Position numbers and translations under genes: made by a program. The notes below the pieces were generated by a model, which had not been told where the DNA came from, searched no databases, and saw only the letters and a program-made list of their open reading frames with translations. Positions 61,745 through 64,000 of a DNA stretch of 64,000 nucleotides are shown one piece after another. Every line of letters starts with the position of its first letter. Position 1 is the stretch's first letter. Where the stretch lies: positions 124,001-188,000 of the IMG/VR virus record IMGVR_UViG_3300049215_000771, one strand, 5' to 3'.

Positions 61745-62212
61745 ATGGAACCCAAAACGCAAACGGATGGCGGCGGGGATAAGGCTGGTGGCGTTGCTAT
61801 TGCTACTGGAACGCCCGACGAGTGGAGCAATGATATTGTCGAGATTGGTGACGCCATCGCCAATCTGACGCTGGCTCAGGCCGTGCAACTTTCTACCTAC
61901 CTGGAAGAAGCACACGGCATCAAGCCAGCCACTTCCGGCTATGTCATGCCCGACCAAGGCCCGCAGCCACCGAAGGAAGAGAAGCCCCCGGAGCAGACCG
62001 AGTTCACGGTTGTCCTGGAAGGCGTGCCTGACGCTACGAAGAAGCTGGGCGTGGTCAAGCTGTGGCGGGAAGTCACGTCCCAGGGCTTGAAGGAATCGAA
62101 GGATTCGGTCGATCAAGCGCCCAAGGTGTTGAAGGAAAACATCCCGCTCGCCGAGGCCAATGCCTTGAAGGAAAAATTCGAGGCGGCTGGGGCGAAGATC
62201 ACGATCAAGTGA
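61745..62212 (+). CDS. rplL: 50S ribosomal protein bL12 (L7/L12) with N-terminal extension
   Basis: IGDAIANLTLAQAVQL...GI; EQTEFTVVLE...KKLGVVK..REVT..GLKESKD.VD.AP.VLKE...EA..LK.KFEAAGA.I.IK. Confidence 0.95.
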   Translation: MEPKTQTDGGGDKAGGVAIATGTPDEWSNDIVEIGDAIANLTLAQAVQLSTYLEEAHGIKPATSGYVMPDQGPQPPKEEKPPEQTEFTVVLEGVPDATKKLGVVKLWREVTSQGLKESKDSVDQAPKVLKENIPLAEANALKEKFEAAGAKITIK

Positions 62213-62222
62213 AGCCATTGAT

Positions 62223-62767
62223 GGGGGCGGCGACTGCCTGTTGGCAACGAAAGTCGTTGGTTTGGTATGCACCACTTAGGAAGTTACACGGATAGCAACC
62301 GAGTAACGACTGATAGACGCATAACCCGTTCTGACATGCAGGGCAAGTATGTCCGGGTAAGGCTGGCCCGTTAGACCCGCAAGGTCGGCCCGCACCAACA
62401 GCGCAAAATGGCCCGTCCTTTGTAGGGAATACGAGGGCGACTAGCACAGGTCGAAAACGCCGTCCGTAGTTGACGCTAAACGACTCTTCTTGATACCGAA
62501 GTAAAACCCTATCGGCCTGGATACCGGCCTTAAACCGTATCGGTCCTGGTTTGACCTTAAACTAACCCTGTTTTAACCAAGTTTGTCGGTACAAACTGTA
62601 TCTTTCAGCAGGTTGAGGTTTCAACCGCCGTTTCTTGCCGAAGTCCCCGTGAAGGGAATCGGTCGTCTGGTAGAAGGCCGTGAAGCCGGGTTGCTAACCA
62701 CTCGTCCTGCGTGTGGTTCGCCATTGCAGGGAGATGCAACCCCTTGATATTGATCGGTCCATATCAG
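62223..62767 (+). ncRNA. candidate large ornate ncRNA (about 545 nt)
   Basis: 585-nt gap in an otherwise gap-free genome; more than 12 predicted hairpins, GNRA/UUCG loops, duplicated hairpins with a compensatory change, long-range pairs. Confidence 0.7.
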
Positions 62768-62797
62768 TCGCAATCATTCGTGGAGGGGAGGATAGCT

Positions 62798-63085
62798 GTG
62801 ACCGAGTTTCGCAAAGATGATGAAGGCTATCCTCCCCTTCCACGTTCCTGGATTCACCCTTTGGACGCCGCCCGCTATCACCGGGCCGCAAGAATGATCG
62901 AGGATGATGCCGAGCAAGCCTACTTCACGGTTAGAAGGTTGTTCGGCCCCGACGTGGCTGGCGTATTGTTGGTTATGTACATGCGGCAAAAACTCAACAA
63001 GCATCCCGACCAGTGGCCCCCGCCCGAAGACTTGATTGAAGAAGTCAACAACTTCCTTCGAGAGAAAGGACTGATGGAATCATGA
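62798..63085 (+). CDS. hypothetical protein
   Basis: GTG with GGAGG SD. Confidence 0.7.
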   Translation: MTEFRKDDEGYPPLPRSWIHPLDAARYHRAARMIEDDAEQAYFTVRRLFGPDVAGVLLVMYMRQKLNKHPDQWPPPEDLIEEVNNFLREKGLMES

Positions 63086-63522
63086 TTAACCAAGCACCCG
63101 AAGTGACTTCTTTCGTAATTTGCGACAACGCCTTCCGTTGTTGCACGAGTGGTAAGTACATGCTCCAGGGCATCTACAACGGATTCATGCTCCCCTGCAT
63201 TCCGTTCACCATCCCCGTTCCCGTCGTCATGTACATCGCCGTGACCGATGGACGGGGACAGATGACCTTCACCGTCAAGATCGTCGATGATGATGAGGAA
63301 ACCACACTCGTCGAATCCAACTGCCCCGCCGAGTTCGATAACCCCATGAACGTCGGCGAAATGATTTGTGCCATCGGCCCTATTACTTTTCAGCACGAAG
63401 GCGTCTACCGCTTCGAGTTGTGGGCCGGCGACGAACTGCTGAAGGTGCGGCGCATCCAGGCCAGTTTCTACAAACAGCCCAAGAACATCAACGACGAAGG
63501 CGAGGAGTGGAAGAAGAAATGA
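63082..63522 (+). CDS. DUF6941-like protein
   Basis: VICDNAFR...SGKYMLQGIY...VMYIAVTDGRG...F...G.YRFEL.....LL. Confidence 0.65.
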   Translation: MINQAPEVTSFVICDNAFRCCTSGKYMLQGIYNGFMLPCIPFTIPVPVVMYIAVTDGRGQMTFTVKIVDDDEETTLVESNCPAEFDNPMNVGEMICAIGPITFQHEGVYRFELWAGDELLKVRRIQASFYKQPKNINDEGEEWKKK

Positions 63523-63980
63523 GCATCTTCGGCGAACAACAACCTGAAAAAACCGACTTCGAGAAGCTGGGCGTGAACGTGGTCCGGCCCTACAAGAAGG
63601 ACGGCAAGTGGTTGTTCAACAAGAACGGTGCTGCCTGGCCGATGGCCCCGGCTGGCATCACCGATGTTGCCCTCTCGCCCGTTGTTGTTGGTGCTGACCG
63701 TGCTATCAACATCGCCTGCCAGATGAAAGGAATCAGCAACCCGGAAGATGGTTTTTGTTTGTTGTTTTCCGAAACCTACTTCCCGACCTGCGACGTGAAA
63801 TTCACCTACCGGGAAAACAAATTCGATGGTTGGGTGTACGACGTGCATGAGGAAAACCTCAAGGGTTTGATGACCGACCAGCAGGCGTGGGTTTGTCCTT
63901 ACTTGGGGTTTTATTTCGACAAGCCGCCTCAGACACTCTATCTAAAGGTGGAACCCCATGACGGAAGAAGTGATTCCTGA
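63519..63980 (+). CDS. DUF6717-like protein
   Basis: NVVRPYK..GKWLF...GAD...GF.LLFS..YFP...WVCPYL..YF..PP..LY. Confidence 0.7.
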   Translation: MSIFGEQQPEKTDFEKLGVNVVRPYKKDGKWLFNKNGAAWPMAPAGITDVALSPVVVGADRAINIACQMKGISNPEDGFCLLFSETYFPTCDVKFTYRENKFDGWVYDVHEENLKGLMTDQQAWVCPYLGFYFDKPPQTLYLKVEPHDGRSDS

Positions 63981-64000
63981 TGGACAAACCCGGCACGAGC

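Noticed and set aside
62223-62635. Calling the large RNA a tmRNA
   Set aside because: The 5' GGGGGCG and a closing stem fit loosely, but there is no TTCG T-loop, no CCA and no convincing tag reading frame
1-64000. Global stop-codon reassignment (genetic code 15 or 4)
   Set aside because: TAG, TGA and TAA all end well-supported genes followed by coupled starts (for example TAG at 4613, 7512 and 8147; many ATGA overlaps); only two isolated in-frame stops were found
1-64000. CRISPR array, IS element, integrase, rRNA or canonical tRNA
   Set aside because: No regularly spaced direct repeats, no transposase or recombinase catalytic motifs, and no complete cloverleaf seen

Overview
A gene-dense, mostly plus-strand accessory region of a large (jumbo/huge, probably T4-like) lytic dsDNA phage. 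There are about 130 short, translationally coupled ORFs. I found no CRISPR array, transposase, integrase, rRNA, canonical tRNA or recognisable virion structural operon. Recognisable products: YqgE/AlgH (partial), thioredoxin, Pth2-like peptidyl-tRNA hydrolase, DUF1003, HNH nuclease, two ParB-like proteins, a shortened arginyl-tRNA synthetase, nucleoside 2-deoxyribosyltransferase-like protein, 2OG-Fe(II) oxygenase, HAD hydrolase, a sigma70-family factor, DUF3228, DUF6011, ArdC, HhH glycosylase-like protein, NUDIX, CoaD, ACP, vWA, NADAR, two Prok-E2_D-like paralogs, a heme-oxygenase-like enzyme, SAM methyltransferase-like protein, an ART-fold protein, a DarG-type macrodomain, SNF2 helicase, YqeY-like protein and ribosomal protein bL12. 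Three promoter classes are visible: host sigma70 (TTTACA-N17-TAnnAT), a ten-copy TTCCGAAC(C)-N16/17-GTCTT class that also precedes the phage sigma gene, and a T4-late-like TAnATA. The host is inferred, not shown, to be a planctomycete. Most striking observations: (1) a portable peptide tag (K/R)YRSID(D/E/A) in four unrelated proteins, encoded by different synonymous codons; (2) a Pth2-like gene interrupted by TAG at codon 4 with a matched landing codon for a possible ribosomal hop; (3) an in-frame TGA followed by a SECIS-like hairpin; (4) four candidate structured non-coding RNAs, including a roughly 545-nt ornate RNA after rplL; (5) a set of enzymes carrying capsid-targeting-like N-termini behind late-like promoters. 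Family assignments come from motif recognition by eye, not from database searches.
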